Source: Vampirovibrionaceae bacterium NZW_1234 (GTDB lineage: Bacteria; Cyanobacteriota; Vampirovibrionia; Vampirovibrionales; JAGQHJ01). From it: a stretch of 64,000 nucleotides of DNA. The position numbers and the translations under genes are program-made. Location of the stretch: contig JBGUGD010000023.1 of assembly GCA_041697335.1 (NCBI GenBank), forward strand, positions 1 through 64,000. Direction: 5' to 3'. Below are positions 51,051-61,800 of the stretch, piece after piece; the first letter of the stretch is position 1, and each line of letters starts with the position of its first letter. The notes beneath the pieces are model-generated. The model made no database searches and was not told where the DNA came from. It saw only the letters and a program-made list of their open reading frames with translations.

Positions 51051-51863
51051 ATGATGCAGCCCGAATCCACCCAAGCCGTCCAATCCATTCTGCTGTCCGC
51101 CGATGACAGCCAGGTCCAGGAAGCTGTGCAGAATCAGCGCCGGGTTCTTCAGCAAAACCCCATGCGCGAGGTCAGCGATGCCCTGTCGTTTCTGTCGATT
51201 CTGGACACCATGATGATGCCGGTTAATACGATGAAGGCGCAACTGGAGGCCGATGCCATGGGCTTGCTGGCCACCGATGAGAAAGCCTCCGGAAAAACCT
51301 CGGAAAAAGCACCGACGAAACAGGCTCCGAAAGAATCGGCGCCCAATGAAGGCGCAACGAATCCCATGGCCGTTGAGCGGACCGAGAAACAAAAGGTTCA
51401 GGACGAGCTGGACATGCTGACCATGGATCTGAGCCAGTTGACTCTGGGGGATCTGCGGATCCTGCAACAGGTCAACCACGGCATTACCCCGCCCACGCTC
51501 AACAACCTGAGCCCCTCTCTGGTACAGCAGTTTCCCAGTCTCCATTACAAGAGCCTCGCGGTTTCCAAGGGGCTGGAGGAAATGCTGGAGTCTGCCTATA
51601 AGGCCCAAAAGCCCTTGCGGGTGGATCTGTCGGATCGGGCGTCGGTGATTATCCGCATGAGCCGCAATGGGAAAGTTTCGGCGGAGTTTCTGCCCACGGA
51701 TCAGGCGGCCGATTTGTTTTACCGTCAGCAGTTGTCGGAGTTGAAAAGCCGTTTGGAAGCCAAAAACCTTCCCCTGGGCGAATTGTCCGTACGTCAGTGG
51801 AAACAGCAACAGTCGGATTCGCACCAGCAACACCAGCAGCGCGAGCAATCGTCCTCTGAATAA
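51051..51863 (+). CDS. FliK-like hook-length control protein
   Basis: Position after fliJ; disordered middle; C-terminal VIIRM..GKVSAEF...LSELKSRLEAKNL..ELSV and Gln-rich tail resemble FliK_C. Confidence 0.6.
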   Translation: MMQPESTQAVQSILLSADDSQVQEAVQNQRRVLQQNPMREVSDALSFLSILDTMMMPVNTMKAQLEADAMGLLATDEKASGKTSEKAPTKQAPKESAPNEGATNPMAVERTEKQKVQDELDMLTMDLSQLTLGDLRILQQVNHGITPPTLNNLSPSLVQQFPSLHYKSLAVSKGLEEMLESAYKAQKPLRVDLSDRASVIIRMSRNGKVSAEFLPTDQAADLFYRQQLSELKSRLEAKNLPLGELSVRQWKQQQSDSHQQHQQREQSSSE

Positions 51864-51983
51864 GAAGCTCTTAGCCCGGTTTCGTCGTAAATCCCCTCTC
51901 TTTATCCTACACGTTACAACACCACGGAATGTCCCCCTCTCTTTGAGTCCCCGAAGAAGAAAGTAAGCTGGAGATACCCCAAT

Positions 51984-52826
51984 ATGAAAGATCCGTTTAT
52001 TACAGCCATCAATGCCCAGAAAGCGGCGTTGAGCTGGTTTGAGGATTTGGCCATCAACGCCTCCAACATTTACACCCCCGGTTACCGGGAGCGTCGGATG
52101 ATGTTTTCCGATTTCCTGAACGGCTTTGCCTATAACGAACTGCCCTATAAGTCGGATCAGGGTAAGGCCATGCCCGGACGTTCGCCATCGAACCTCTTCA
52201 TCGAAGGCAAAGGCATGTTCGTCGTCCGCAAGAACGATGGCACCATGGTGTACACCCGCCTGGGCGATTTCCGCTTCGACGCCGATGGCACCCTGGTCAA
52301 CGAATTGGGCTACAAGCTCCAGGGCTACCTGACCGATGAGAAGGGGAATATTATTAATACCGGCGCCACGCAGAAAAATGCCAAAGGGTCGCCCAACAAC
52401 CCCAACCACAATTCCGGCGGGCCGGGCCATATGCCCACCACGGAGATCAACCTGTGGATTGATCCCTCCAATGGGAAGTTCTTTGGGAAATATGATGAAT
52501 ACAAGGTGAAGGCCGATGGTACTGTTGTCGGCGTCTCTGACAAGGGCAAGAAAACGGTGCCGCTTTATAAAGTGGCGCTGGTGGCCTTTACCAATCCCGA
52601 GGGCCTGTCCCAGGTAGAGCCCAATTACTTTGCCCCGACCATTGCTTCCGGGGAGCCGGTGGAAGGCGCCGGGGAAATTCAAAGCGGCTTGATCGAAAAG
52701 TCCAACGTGGGCTTGCGGGAAACCGTCAACTACCTGTCGGAAGCCAAGTTGCAGCTGGATGTGACGTCGAAGCTCATCAGCACCAACAAGCAGTTGCTCC
52801 AGGAATCGCTGCGTCTGGTGCAATAA
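51984..52826 (+). CDS. Flagellar rod/hook family protein (FlgE/F/G)
   Basis: NASNIYTPGY, IEGKGMF, YTRLGDFRFDADGTLVN..GY.LQG, FTNPEGL, GLIEKSNV. Confidence 0.9.
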   Translation: MKDPFITAINAQKAALSWFEDLAINASNIYTPGYRERRMMFSDFLNGFAYNELPYKSDQGKAMPGRSPSNLFIEGKGMFVVRKNDGTMVYTRLGDFRFDADGTLVNELGYKLQGYLTDEKGNIINTGATQKNAKGSPNNPNHNSGGPGHMPTTEINLWIDPSNGKFFGKYDEYKVKADGTVVGVSDKGKKTVPLYKVALVAFTNPEGLSQVEPNYFAPTIASGEPVEGAGEIQSGLIEKSNVGLRETVNYLSEAKLQLDVTSKLISTNKQLLQESLRLVQ

Positions 52827-52908
52827 GGTATCGTCGTCGTTCTGGTGCCAAAGCCGCCCGAGGGCTTGTCTCAAGGGATTCGGCGGTCTTGCAGTGGCAT
52901 GAATGATA

Positions 52909-53036
52909 CTTCCCATCTCTCTCTCTCGTTTCTCTTTTCTTACGCTTATCTTTCTCTATCTCTTTCTCTGTATCTTTCTATCTTCCTTTCTTCGCTCTTC
53001 TCTTCTTCGATATCCTGTTTTCCGGCCTGTATCCTC
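52909..53036. repeat. Polypyrimidine (CT-rich) low-complexity tract
   Basis: Plus strand almost entirely C/T, with repeated TATCTTTCT. Confidence 0.85.
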
Positions 53037-53061
53037 TTCGGGGTACAGGCTTTCTGTTGGG

Positions 53062-53163
53062 CGCGTGTTTTACGCGTGAATTTCGCGTGATTGGCGCGTG
53101 AAACGCGCGTGTTTTGGTTCTTTTCACGCGCCCCGGCGCGTGTTTTTCGCGTGTTTACGCGTG
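53062..53163. repeat. Helically phased CGCGTG array
   Basis: CGCGTG at 53062, 53073, 53084, 53095, 53106, 53137, 53148 and 53158; inverted copy at 53125. Confidence 0.9.
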
Positions 53164-53612
53164 AATTTTCAGGGCGGTTTTCAGTTGGCGGCAGCATCCA
53201 TCATTAAAAAGCGGCTGCCTGAAACTGTCTGAAAAGCTTGTGTATTGTGGGTTTTAAGCTTTTTTGTCATTGTTGACTCCAGCGCAGAGGGTGGGGGAAT
53301 GGGGGTGTGATTTTTTATTTTTGGCGATTTTCACGCGGTTTTCCGTGTTTTTACGCGAGTTTCGGTGTTTTTAAGGGTTGTGTATTCTGCTATATCTTTA
53401 TTATATAGATGAAAATGGGCTGATCGGCTGATTTTAAGAATGTTTTAAGAATTGATGGGGCGAAAATGTTCTTTTGAAGAGGGTTGTGTGGTATGGTGGG
53501 AGGGGATGCCCTTGAGCAGGGCTTTCGGAGGAGAGTGTTAATCGGCTGTCGTATGGTCTGAAAGAGGCACGCCAGGTACGATTAAGAATGGGTTTTTCAG
53601 TAAAGGGATGGT

Positions 53613-56243
53613 ATGGAAATCACACTTTATTCCGAAGTCAAGGCTGTGGCGTTAAAGCCCCTGTTTAATCAAATCCTCGGCGTATTGGGTCTGATTGTTG
53701 TGTTGATTGGGCTGGGTGGGCTGGTCGGCCATTATTCGGGTGTCGGGCGCTTAAGCAGTTACCTGACGGACCCGCATGCGCCTGAGATGCACGTGCTTAC
53801 TGCTGTTGGACTGATGTTTTTGGGGATGGGCATTAAAATCATTCTGGACAGCACCCCTTATGCTGAGAAACCCCAATGGCTCTGGCCTTTGCGTTATCTG
53901 GCCATACTGATTCCCGGTTGCATCGGCGCCTATTATACCGGGCTTTATCTGGTCACATCCCGGCTGAATCTGCTGGAGCTCCTGACAACCGGTCTTCCTG
54001 AAATTGAGCTGCCCTTTCTGACGGCTATCTGCCTGCTTATTTCCTCGTTGGCCTTGCTGGCCTTTTTAAAACGACAACACTCGGAAACGGTTGTGGTATA
54101 TGCCGTAGGGGTGCCCGGCCTGCTGCTGATGGCTATTGTGACAATGGCTCTGGTGGGATTGATGACGGCGATTCCCATTTTGTATAACTTTCAAATGTCT
54201 CTGCCTACCGCCCTTGGTTTTGGAATGCTTGCCCTGGCTTTTCTGCTGGGCACCCTTCCCTATCGGGGGATTCTGTTGCCGGTATTTTCCAGGAACCGGA
54301 AAGTCCGCTTAATGGCGATTCTGATGCTGGTATTGGGGGTTGGGGTATTGGCTCATGGGATCGTCAGCATTGTCTATTTCGATGCCCTGACTCCATCCGT
54401 CGGGGTGCCTGGGCCAATGGCGCTGGACAGGCTGAAGGTGTATGCCTTTCTGGGGCTGGGGGCCATGGGGCTTTCGGTTTTCGTAATGATGCTGGGGCTT
54501 CGTGCTGTGAAGTATTACGACGAGATGATCCTGCTGGAAAAAGTCCAGGCGCAAGAGACCCAGCGGGAGCAGATTATCCGTCAACTGGTTCAGGCGGTGC
54601 ACAGCTCTTTGTCGTTGGACGAGGTGTTTCAGCGTATCGTGTCGGCCCTGGGGAAGTCCCTGGATCTGGATCGCTGCTTTATTACCCGCTATGACCAGAT
54701 GACGGGTGACGTCATTCCGCCGACCGAGGAGTATCGTTCGTCACAGGCGGTGACCAGTATGATGACCATGGACCGGATGTGCTGGCTGGGGCATCAATGC
54801 CAATTTGCGGATCTGGTCTGCCATGCGAAGTCGATCCTGGAATTTTTGCCCGAGAGTCCAACGATGACGTTCACCGACGACTTCAGACATTTTATGGAGG
54901 TCTGCCAGATTAAAAGTGGGCTTGGCTATGCTGTGACCTATCAACAGACATGTCATGCGATTTTGTTTTTGCATCAAACCCGCTATATACGGGTGTGGAC
55001 GGAGGATGAGAAAGAGATCATCCGGCAGGCCGCAGAACAGATTGGCATTGCCATGCATCAGGCCGAGCTGCTGGAACAGTTACGGCAAAGTGAAATGCGG
55101 CATCGCATTATTTTTGATGCCAATATTATCGGCATCTTTTTCTGGGATCGGCAGAGTGGCCGGATTGTGGATGCCAATCAGGCCTTTTTGGAGATGGTGG
55201 GCTATACGCGTGAGGATCTGGACCAGGGCATCGTCAATTGGAAAACGATGACACCGCCGGAGTTTCGAGATAGGGATGCCCAGTGTTTCGAGCGCATGGA
55301 CGATCAGGATCCCGAGCGCCGCTGTGGGCCCTATGAAAAACAATTCATCCGCAACCATGGGCAGCAGCGCATTGATGTTCTGGTCGCAGGTGCCTATTAT
55401 CCCGAGCAGCGGGAACGAGGTGTGGCGCTGGTGTTGGATATCTCCGAGCGAAAACGGATTGAAGCGGAATTGCAGGCCGCCAAAAGTGTGGCCGAACAGG
55501 CCAACCAGCGTAAAAGCCAGGCACTGGCCAATATGTCCCATGAGCTAAGAACGCCGCTCAATTCCATTATTGGTTATTCGGAGATGATGTTGAGCGGGAT
55601 GGCCTCTTCGCCGGAGAAGCAGACCAAGTATGCCAGCAATATTTCCTTCAGTGGACGCCATTTGCTGGACATGATCAATGACATTCTGGATATGTCTAAA
55701 ATTGAAGCCGGAAAACTGGAAATTAAGCCGGAGCCCATTGCTTTGCCCGGATTCCTGGAAAGTATTAAACAACTGGTCTTGCCCTTGGCTGTGGAGAAGG
55801 AGGTTGATCTGGACATCGCCATCGAGCCCCAGGTCGACAAAGTATCCGCCGATCCGGCTCGTTTGAAGCAGATTTTCCTGAACCTGTTGAGCAACGCGAT
55901 CAAATTTAACCTGGCCCACGGGGAAGTGCGCGTCAGGGTTTCCCTGTCGCCGGATCGGCGATGGGTGATTTGTGAGGTCTGCGATACGGGCATCGGGATT
56001 TCAAAATCGCAGCTGCCTCAGGTGTTTGATGAATTCTATCAGGTGGAGCGGACCAGTCGGGTGCAACAAGGTACAGGACTGGGTTTAACGCTGACGAAAC
56101 GCCTGGTGGAATTGCATGGCGGAACCATTGAGGTGGAAAGCCAGGAAGGCAAGGGGACGACCTTTACGTTCCGACTGCCGACAAGCCAGGCTGAATCCTA
56201 TTTCCCTGCGTCGGTGGTGTCCAGGCCACCGGAAACAAATTAG
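53613..56243 (+). CDS. Multi-TM GAF-PAS sensor histidine kinase
   Basis: TM region; GAF (LDLDRCFI...WTEDE); PAS ([11 protein letters not shown]); [23 protein letters not shown]. Confidence 0.93.
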   Translation: MEITLYSEVKAVALKPLFNQILGVLGLIVVLIGLGGLVGHYSGVGRLSSYLTDPHAPEMHVLTAVGLMFLGMGIKIILDSTPYAEKPQWLWPLRYLAILIPGCIGAYYTGLYLVTSRLNLLELLTTGLPEIELPFLTAICLLISSLALLAFLKRQHSETVVVYAVGVPGLLLMAIVTMALVGLMTAIPILYNFQMSLPTALGFGMLALAFLLGTLPYRGILLPVFSRNRKVRLMAILMLVLGVGVLAHGIVSIVYFDALTPSVGVPGPMALDRLKVYAFLGLGAMGLSVFVMMLGLRAVKYYDEMILLEKVQAQETQREQIIRQLVQAVHSSLSLDEVFQRIVSALGKSLDLDRCFITRYDQMTGDVIPPTEEYRSSQAVTSMMTMDRMCWLGHQCQFADLVCHAKSILEFLPESPTMTFTDDFRHFMEVCQIKSGLGYAVTYQQTCHAILFLHQTRYIRVWTEDEKEIIRQAAEQIGIAMHQAELLEQLRQSEMRHRIIFDANIIGIFFWDRQSGRIVDANQAFLEMVGYTREDLDQGIVNWKTMTPPEFRDRDAQCFERMDDQDPERRCGPYEKQFIRNHGQQRIDVLVAGAYYPEQRERGVALVLDISERKRIEAELQAAKSVAEQANQRKSQALANMSHELRTPLNSIIGYSEMMLSGMASSPEKQTKYASNISFSGRHLLDMINDILDMSKIEAGKLEIKPEPIALPGFLESIKQLVLPLAVEKEVDLDIAIEPQVDKVSADPARLKQIFLNLLSNAIKFNLAHGEVRVRVSLSPDRRWVICEVCDTGIGISKSQLPQVFDEFYQVERTSRVQQGTGLGLTLTKRLVELHGGTIEVESQEGKGTTFTFRLPTSQAESYFPASVVSRPPETN

Positions 56244-56932
56244 TCCGCTTCCGGATCAGGGGTTTCGGAATCGGTGATGGTGCGGAACGCCTCTTCGATT
56301 TGTGTGCGGACGGCCAGGCTTTTCACCATTTTTTGGAGGACCTCTCGCTCGAAACTGAGACGGGCTTTTACCGAGGTCGTTTCCAGGAGTTCCTGCTTCA
56401 GCACCAGGCTGCCGCGCAGGTTTTCGGCAATGAAAAACGAAATTTCATCGGGGGAGACAGGCAGTTCCAGGCCTTTGAACTCTTTGTGGAGGATTTTATG
56501 GGTCATGCGGATGGCGTCCAGAAACAGGGCGACGGTTTCCGTGACCAGTTTTTTGGTGACGTAGCCGTCTCGTTCGTCTTCTACCCAGGTGACATCCCCC
56601 ATGAGGTAGGGCTTGCTCTCGTCATCGTACTTCTGGACCCGAAATCGGGAGCCGCCTATGACGAGGATGTTCATGCGGCCATCATCCAGGATGTCGTGCT
56701 CCACGATTTCAGCCACCGTTCCGACATCAAAGGGAATGCCGATGCGTGTCTCGGGGTTGTACTCCTGGCAAAGCTGAATGCCGAATCGTTTGTCCCCGGC
56801 CAGCACGTCGCGCATCATTTCCCGGTAGCGGGGTTCGAAAATATGCAGCGGCAACACCATGTTGGGAAACAACACGACGTTGGGCAAGGGAAATAAGGGC
56901 AACCGACTCTCTGTCACAACACGTCCTTCCAT
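56240..56932 (-). CDS. Lon N-terminal (substrate-binding) domain protein
   Basis: [35 protein letters not shown]; no ATPase domain. Confidence 0.9.
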   Translation of the reverse strand: MEGRVVTESRLPLFPLPNVVLFPNMVLPLHIFEPRYREMMRDVLAGDKRFGIQLCQEYNPETRIGIPFDVGTVAEIVEHDILDDGRMNILVIGGSRFRVQKYDDESKPYLMGDVTWVEDERDGYVTKKLVTETVALFLDAIRMTHKILHKEFKGLELPVSPDEISFFIAENLRGSLVLKQELLETTSVKARLSFEREVLQKMVKSLAVRTQIEEAFRTITDSETPDPEAD

Positions 56933-57004
56933 CAAAAGGGTGCTGTTTCTATTTTACTTGGGAATCGTGAAATTGCGTGGCGGGGTCTGGCGACCACGAC
57001 ATCT

Positions 57005-57481
57005 TTAGTGGGATTGCGACAGCAGCGGCTTCTTCTTCGGGTTGGCCTGGCAGGTCTGGCAACGGCCAAAGAGCTTGAGCTGGGCGTCCACGAGTTCAAA
57101 CTTGGCTTGTTGGGCAATGCCCACGGCAATTTCAAAGACCTCGATGCTGACAAATTCTTCGGTGCTGCCACATTCGACACAGATAATGTGTTGGTGCTGC
57201 ACGCCACCATCCCCGGAACGGGAGAGTTCGTAATGCTTGTGATCTTCGGCAAAGTCCAGTTCCCGCAGCACGCCAAGCGAAGCCAGGAGCTTCAGGGTGC
57301 GGTAGGACGTCGCCAGGCTGATGTCGGAATTCTCTTGGCGCAGGATGTTTTGCAGGTCTTCGGCGCTTAAATGCTCCCCCTCCGGCAGTTGAAAAAAGAT
57401 GTCCAGGATTTTTTCCCGCTGCGGGGTGATACGAAACCCCTGCTCGCGTAACATGGCCGATAAGGCTTCACGTGAGACCAT
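57005..57481 (-). CDS. fur: Fur-family transcriptional regulator
   Basis: RITPQR, HLSAED, SLATSYRTL, HQHIICVECG, GRCQTC. Confidence 0.92.
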   Translation of the reverse strand: MVSREALSAMLREQGFRITPQREKILDIFFQLPEGEHLSAEDLQNILRQENSDISLATSYRTLKLLASLGVLRELDFAEDHKHYELSRSGDGGVQHQHIICVECGSTEEFVSIEVFEIAVGIAQQAKFELVDAQLKLFGRCQTCQANPKKKPLLSQSH

Positions 57482-57771
57482 TGTAATACCTTTGTATTCC
57501 TGACCCCTTCACTATAACACAAGGCTTTGGGGAATTTGTATCTCTGACGTTCAGGTGAGAGTTTTAAGATTTTTCTGACGTCGCAAGTCAACTTATACCT
57601 GTGAATATTCTCAAGGGCCATAAGTAGTTGTGCGAAATACGCTGAGGCCCTTGATAAACGGCATGCAATGTTTCCAATTGTTACGAAGATCGGACTTGCT
57701 TAAAGGAGAGGTGTCCTGGAATCGATAGTTTTTTAACCAATACTTTTTATCGAAGAGAAGGAGCCTTTAAT

Positions 57772-58353
57772 ATGAGAGTGCCCCCGAAACAGCCACGTGG
57801 TTTATCAAACCTGTCAGAGGGCAGTGTCGCTCCTTCTAAGCAGTCTGTTCCTCCTTCTAAGCCCTCTGCAGATTCCTCTGGTGATGTTGTTGAGATTAGT
57901 TTTAATACAATCAATCCAGAGCCTCGGCCTAAAATTGAAGATGTTCTACCGCACTATGCTGTTCCAAAGCCGGATGAGCAAGTTTATCCGCCTTTTTATA
58001 AGCCTCCCGGTATTGACCCGTTTTTGCCACAAAAGGGCGGCTGGCCACCTCCACCACCATCCCAGCATCAGCCTCAACCGCCAAAGGATCTCAAGGAAAT
58101 TGAGGATCTCTTAGTATCGCAGCCACTTCAGGAATCTGTTTCAGTAGAAGTAGAGCCCTCTGGTGATGTTGTTGAGATTAGTTTTAATACAATCAATCCA
58201 GAATCTCCACCTGGCATTGAAGAAGTCCTTCCTCCTTTGAGCGGGGCCCCCGTCCCGTCAGCTCAACCGGGTACAACAATCACGCTTGAGGAGCTTTTGA
58301 AGCTTGTGAATGAGCCTCCTGTTACGCCATCGGGTGAACCTTCCAAACCGTAA
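57772..58353 (+). CDS. Pro-rich hypothetical protein with an internal duplication
   Basis: AAGGAG RBS; SGDVVEISFNTINPE occurs twice. Confidence 0.7.
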   Translation: MRVPPKQPRGLSNLSEGSVAPSKQSVPPSKPSADSSGDVVEISFNTINPEPRPKIEDVLPHYAVPKPDEQVYPPFYKPPGIDPFLPQKGGWPPPPPSQHQPQPPKDLKEIEDLLVSQPLQESVSVEVEPSGDVVEISFNTINPESPPGIEEVLPPLSGAPVPSAQPGTTITLEELLKLVNEPPVTPSGEPSKP

Positions 58354-58800
58354 CCTATGTGCTGATGTAGGGAGCCTTTCGATTTATAAATGTTGCTTCC
58401 GCTCTGAATTTGAGAAGAGATTGAGTCTCTGAGGAATTTGAACGAATTGAGGGATTCTCCTCACTGTTGCTTTTTACTCACTCAGTTGTGCAGGCGAGGT
58501 GACCTGATGCTTGCCTATGAGTTTGCATGAATATTGTCAGGAATTATATCTCTATCATTCAGCCATCGTTTTGTTCTGTCACCGGGCCGATTTTTGGCTC
58601 ATTATTTCTTTGAACATCTTCCCATTCGCAATGATTGGCGGGTTGAGATCGCAGGAAGAGATAAGATGATTTTTTTCATGCTTTTTTGCGATGTTGAATC
58701 GGCTATTTAAACCTGTTTTGGGAGAGCCTTTTCTCCTGAGCTCCCATCGTTTATGATAGGGAGGTGAATTCTGGCGCTCGTTTGACCGGGTTTGATAGAG

Positions 58801-61800
58801 ATGAAGCGGAAGCACCTACAACTGGCTGGTTCGATTGGCGTCATTACCCTTGGCGTGGTTACGGTTGGGTCCATGATGGTGGACCTGCTGATCCCCAAAC
58901 TGGTGGATACCCACGCCCTGAAAGAGCGGATTGAAGCTTCTGTTTTGGAGAGTACCGGCATTCGGGCCGAAATCCAGGAGCTGGCTATTCATCCCACGCT
59001 GTTTCACGGGGTGGAAGTCTACTTTAAAAGCAATGTCCTCTACGATCCTGAAGATGTGCGCGTGGTGCGCGCCGGGAACGTGGTGGTTAACGTCCGTTAT
59101 TTGCCCTTGTTGTCCCGTGTGACTTCGATTTCTCGGGTAACCTTCTCCAATGTGGCCATTTATATTGGTGAAAATAGCTTTCTGTTTCGGCTGAAAAAGC
59201 CCAAAGTCCCCTCGGACGAAGTGCGCTTTGAGGATACCGAAGTCCGGCTCCAGAATTACGAGTTGATGGTCGATCGCTATTTCGATGGGGTTAATAAATA
59301 CCTGCTCCGAGGCGATTATTTGACGTTAAAGCATGTTCGATCCAAAAAACCCCTGAAGCTAGATGGTAAGGGAGCGTTGAGCTTTGGCGTGGATGAACCC
59401 AATCGCCCGGTGGGACAGTTACGTATCCAGAGCAAGATGGCGCAGGCCATTGCCAATAAGCCCCATGTGGATTGGAAAGATATTCAGCACTTCCGGCTGC
59501 AACTGACAAACGTATACCTCGATACGCTGGCGACTATTATTCATTCCTATCGCCTGCCCCTGAGCGCCACCGGCAAGGTGGATCAGTTCATCGTGGATGT
59601 GCGGGGAATGGATAGAGTCAAGACACTGCGGATTGATTCGTCGACCCGAACGCCGACTCAGGTACATCTGTCGGATTATGATTTCCAATTTACCCCGGGA
59701 CGCTTTTTCTTTAATACCCGGGTGGATGTACACCCCGGAATGAAAAGCGCCAAGCTTGATGACCTGGTGTTGCAACTCGCCGGGCAAAAGTTTCATGCCC
59801 TGGTTCAAGGCAAAATGCTCTTGAAAGAGCCCTTTGATACCAGTTCCGTGGCCTTGCGGGTTCGTTCCCAGGCGCTGCCGATAGCTTCGTTTGCCTTAGT
59901 GCCCATTTTTAATACCCACCAGGAACGTCGTATCCGGTCGGTCCAGGGAGAGTTTGCCACCGACCTGCGCGTGTTCGGTACGCCGGATACACCGATCCTG
60001 AAGGGAAAAGTGGACTTCCATCGCTTTTCTGTGCCCTCGCTTACCAATCCTAAGCGCTTTCTGGTGAAAGATGTTTCCGGGACCCTGTTGCTCCAAGGAC
60101 CTCAGGTGTATGGCGTTCGAAACCTGCGAGGGGTCGTGGCCAATAGTCCGGTGGCGGTGAATGGTAAGATTGATCTGAAGAAGCGACTGATTGATGCACG
60201 TCTGCTCGCCAATAGCCTGGATTTGGGAACCATGTTCCTGCTCATCCGGGAGTTTGATCCCCATGTGCGTCTTCTAAATACGTGGCAGGCGGATGGACGA
60301 CTCGGAATCAACCTGAGAGCAAAAGGGGCCGTCCGTAACCCTTGGCTGGAGGGCCATGTCAGTCTGCAAGATGTGTCGCTGACCAGCATTCGGGATAAAA
60401 GTCCCTGGCTGCGCCATTTGTTTGGTGATGTTCATTTTAAAGGGATGAATGTCGTGATTCGTCCGACCCGGTTTGTCCTGGGCGAATCGCCGGGGGACGT
60501 GCACGGGCAGATTAATCGCCAAAAATCCTGGCTGGATTTGGCGATTCGAATTCCTAAGCTGAATCTGGCCACAGTGCAGACCATGATCAATGATGTCCTT
60601 CAATTGTCGGGACGCTCTGTCGAGTGGCTGGCGAAGTCGTCGCTTTCCGGAAATGCCTATACCGATATAACGGTGACAGGACATTGGAAGCGCCCCCAGG
60701 TGAAAGGCTTGATGAGCCTGAAAGAGGGACGCTTGACTCGCAAGGATAAATCCGTTGACTTTAGGCAGATTCAAGGAACCATCGCTTTTCAAAAGGATGT
60801 GATCGTCCTGAGTCCTCTGTCGGGCGTGTTTAATACCATCCCGGTAACCTTGCAGGGTCGGATTCTGGACTATTTTAACCGCATAGACATGGGTGTGAAA
60901 GCCCCGTCGGTGGATCTGGCCCAGTTGGCGAAGGTGCTTTCCTCCTTTCAGCCCAATCTTCTCCGGAATATCGCCCTGGCCGGGGGGGCGTCCTTTGATT
61001 TGAATGTGGCCGGGTTGCTGAGAAAGCCCGATGTGACCGGAGCCATTCAGCTGACCAATGCCCGTGTGGCCTATACCCCTCAGCAGGTGGTGTTGCAGGG
61101 GTTGACCGGTGGGCTGATGCTTCGTCCCGAAATCATTGATGTGCAATCCGTGCGGGGCCAGTTTGAAGGGGTACCCTTCCTGTTGAGCGGTTTTGTCGGG
61201 ACCAAAGGCGATCGCTACTCGATGCGGCTTCAGGCTTCCCAGGTCCCGCTGACCCGTTTGGAAAGCATTGCTGCCACGTTTATGCCCGGGATGGCCTCTA
61301 CCTTCAATGAACTTGGGATCTTGGGCGGGGTTGCCGATCTGAATCTGCTTTTGGCTTCGAACTTGCCCAATAAAATCGGCGGGTCGGCTACCATCATTGG
61401 TCTCACGGCGATGCCCGCCCGGCTGGGTTCCCCTTTTTCTATTGCTCGGGCGAATTATGATATTCAGTCGGGACGATTATCGGTGCCCCAAGGTGGCATT
61501 CGGTGGGGGGAGCTGGCGTTTAGCTTGAACGGTGTGGCTAATGCCGCTGGCTATAATCTGCGTCTCCTGTCTCAACCCTTCCCCATGGCGTTTTTGAGAG
61601 ACAATGAAGCACTCTTGAACAACCTGTTCCGGATCGATTTGCCGGAGATCTACAATGCATCCGGGAACATCCAGCTGGATGCCCGTTTGACACCCCAGCA
61701 GACCGAGGCCACACTCACCTTCCAGAACGCCGGTGCCTCCTTTGCAGATTTGAAGTACCCGCTGTATAACCTGATTGGGTCGATTCACTTGACCGTACCT

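Noticed and set aside
50343..52916. 857-aa antisense ORF
   Set aside because: Shadow of fliJ, fliK-like and flgE/G, which all share one frame. Avoidance of TTA/CTA/TCA codons keeps the opposite strand open, and it has no protein-like motifs.
54570..55070. Cyanobacteriochrome-type bilin-binding GAF
   Set aside because: Cys residues are present, but the CH is not at the canonical helix position and the Asp motif is missing.
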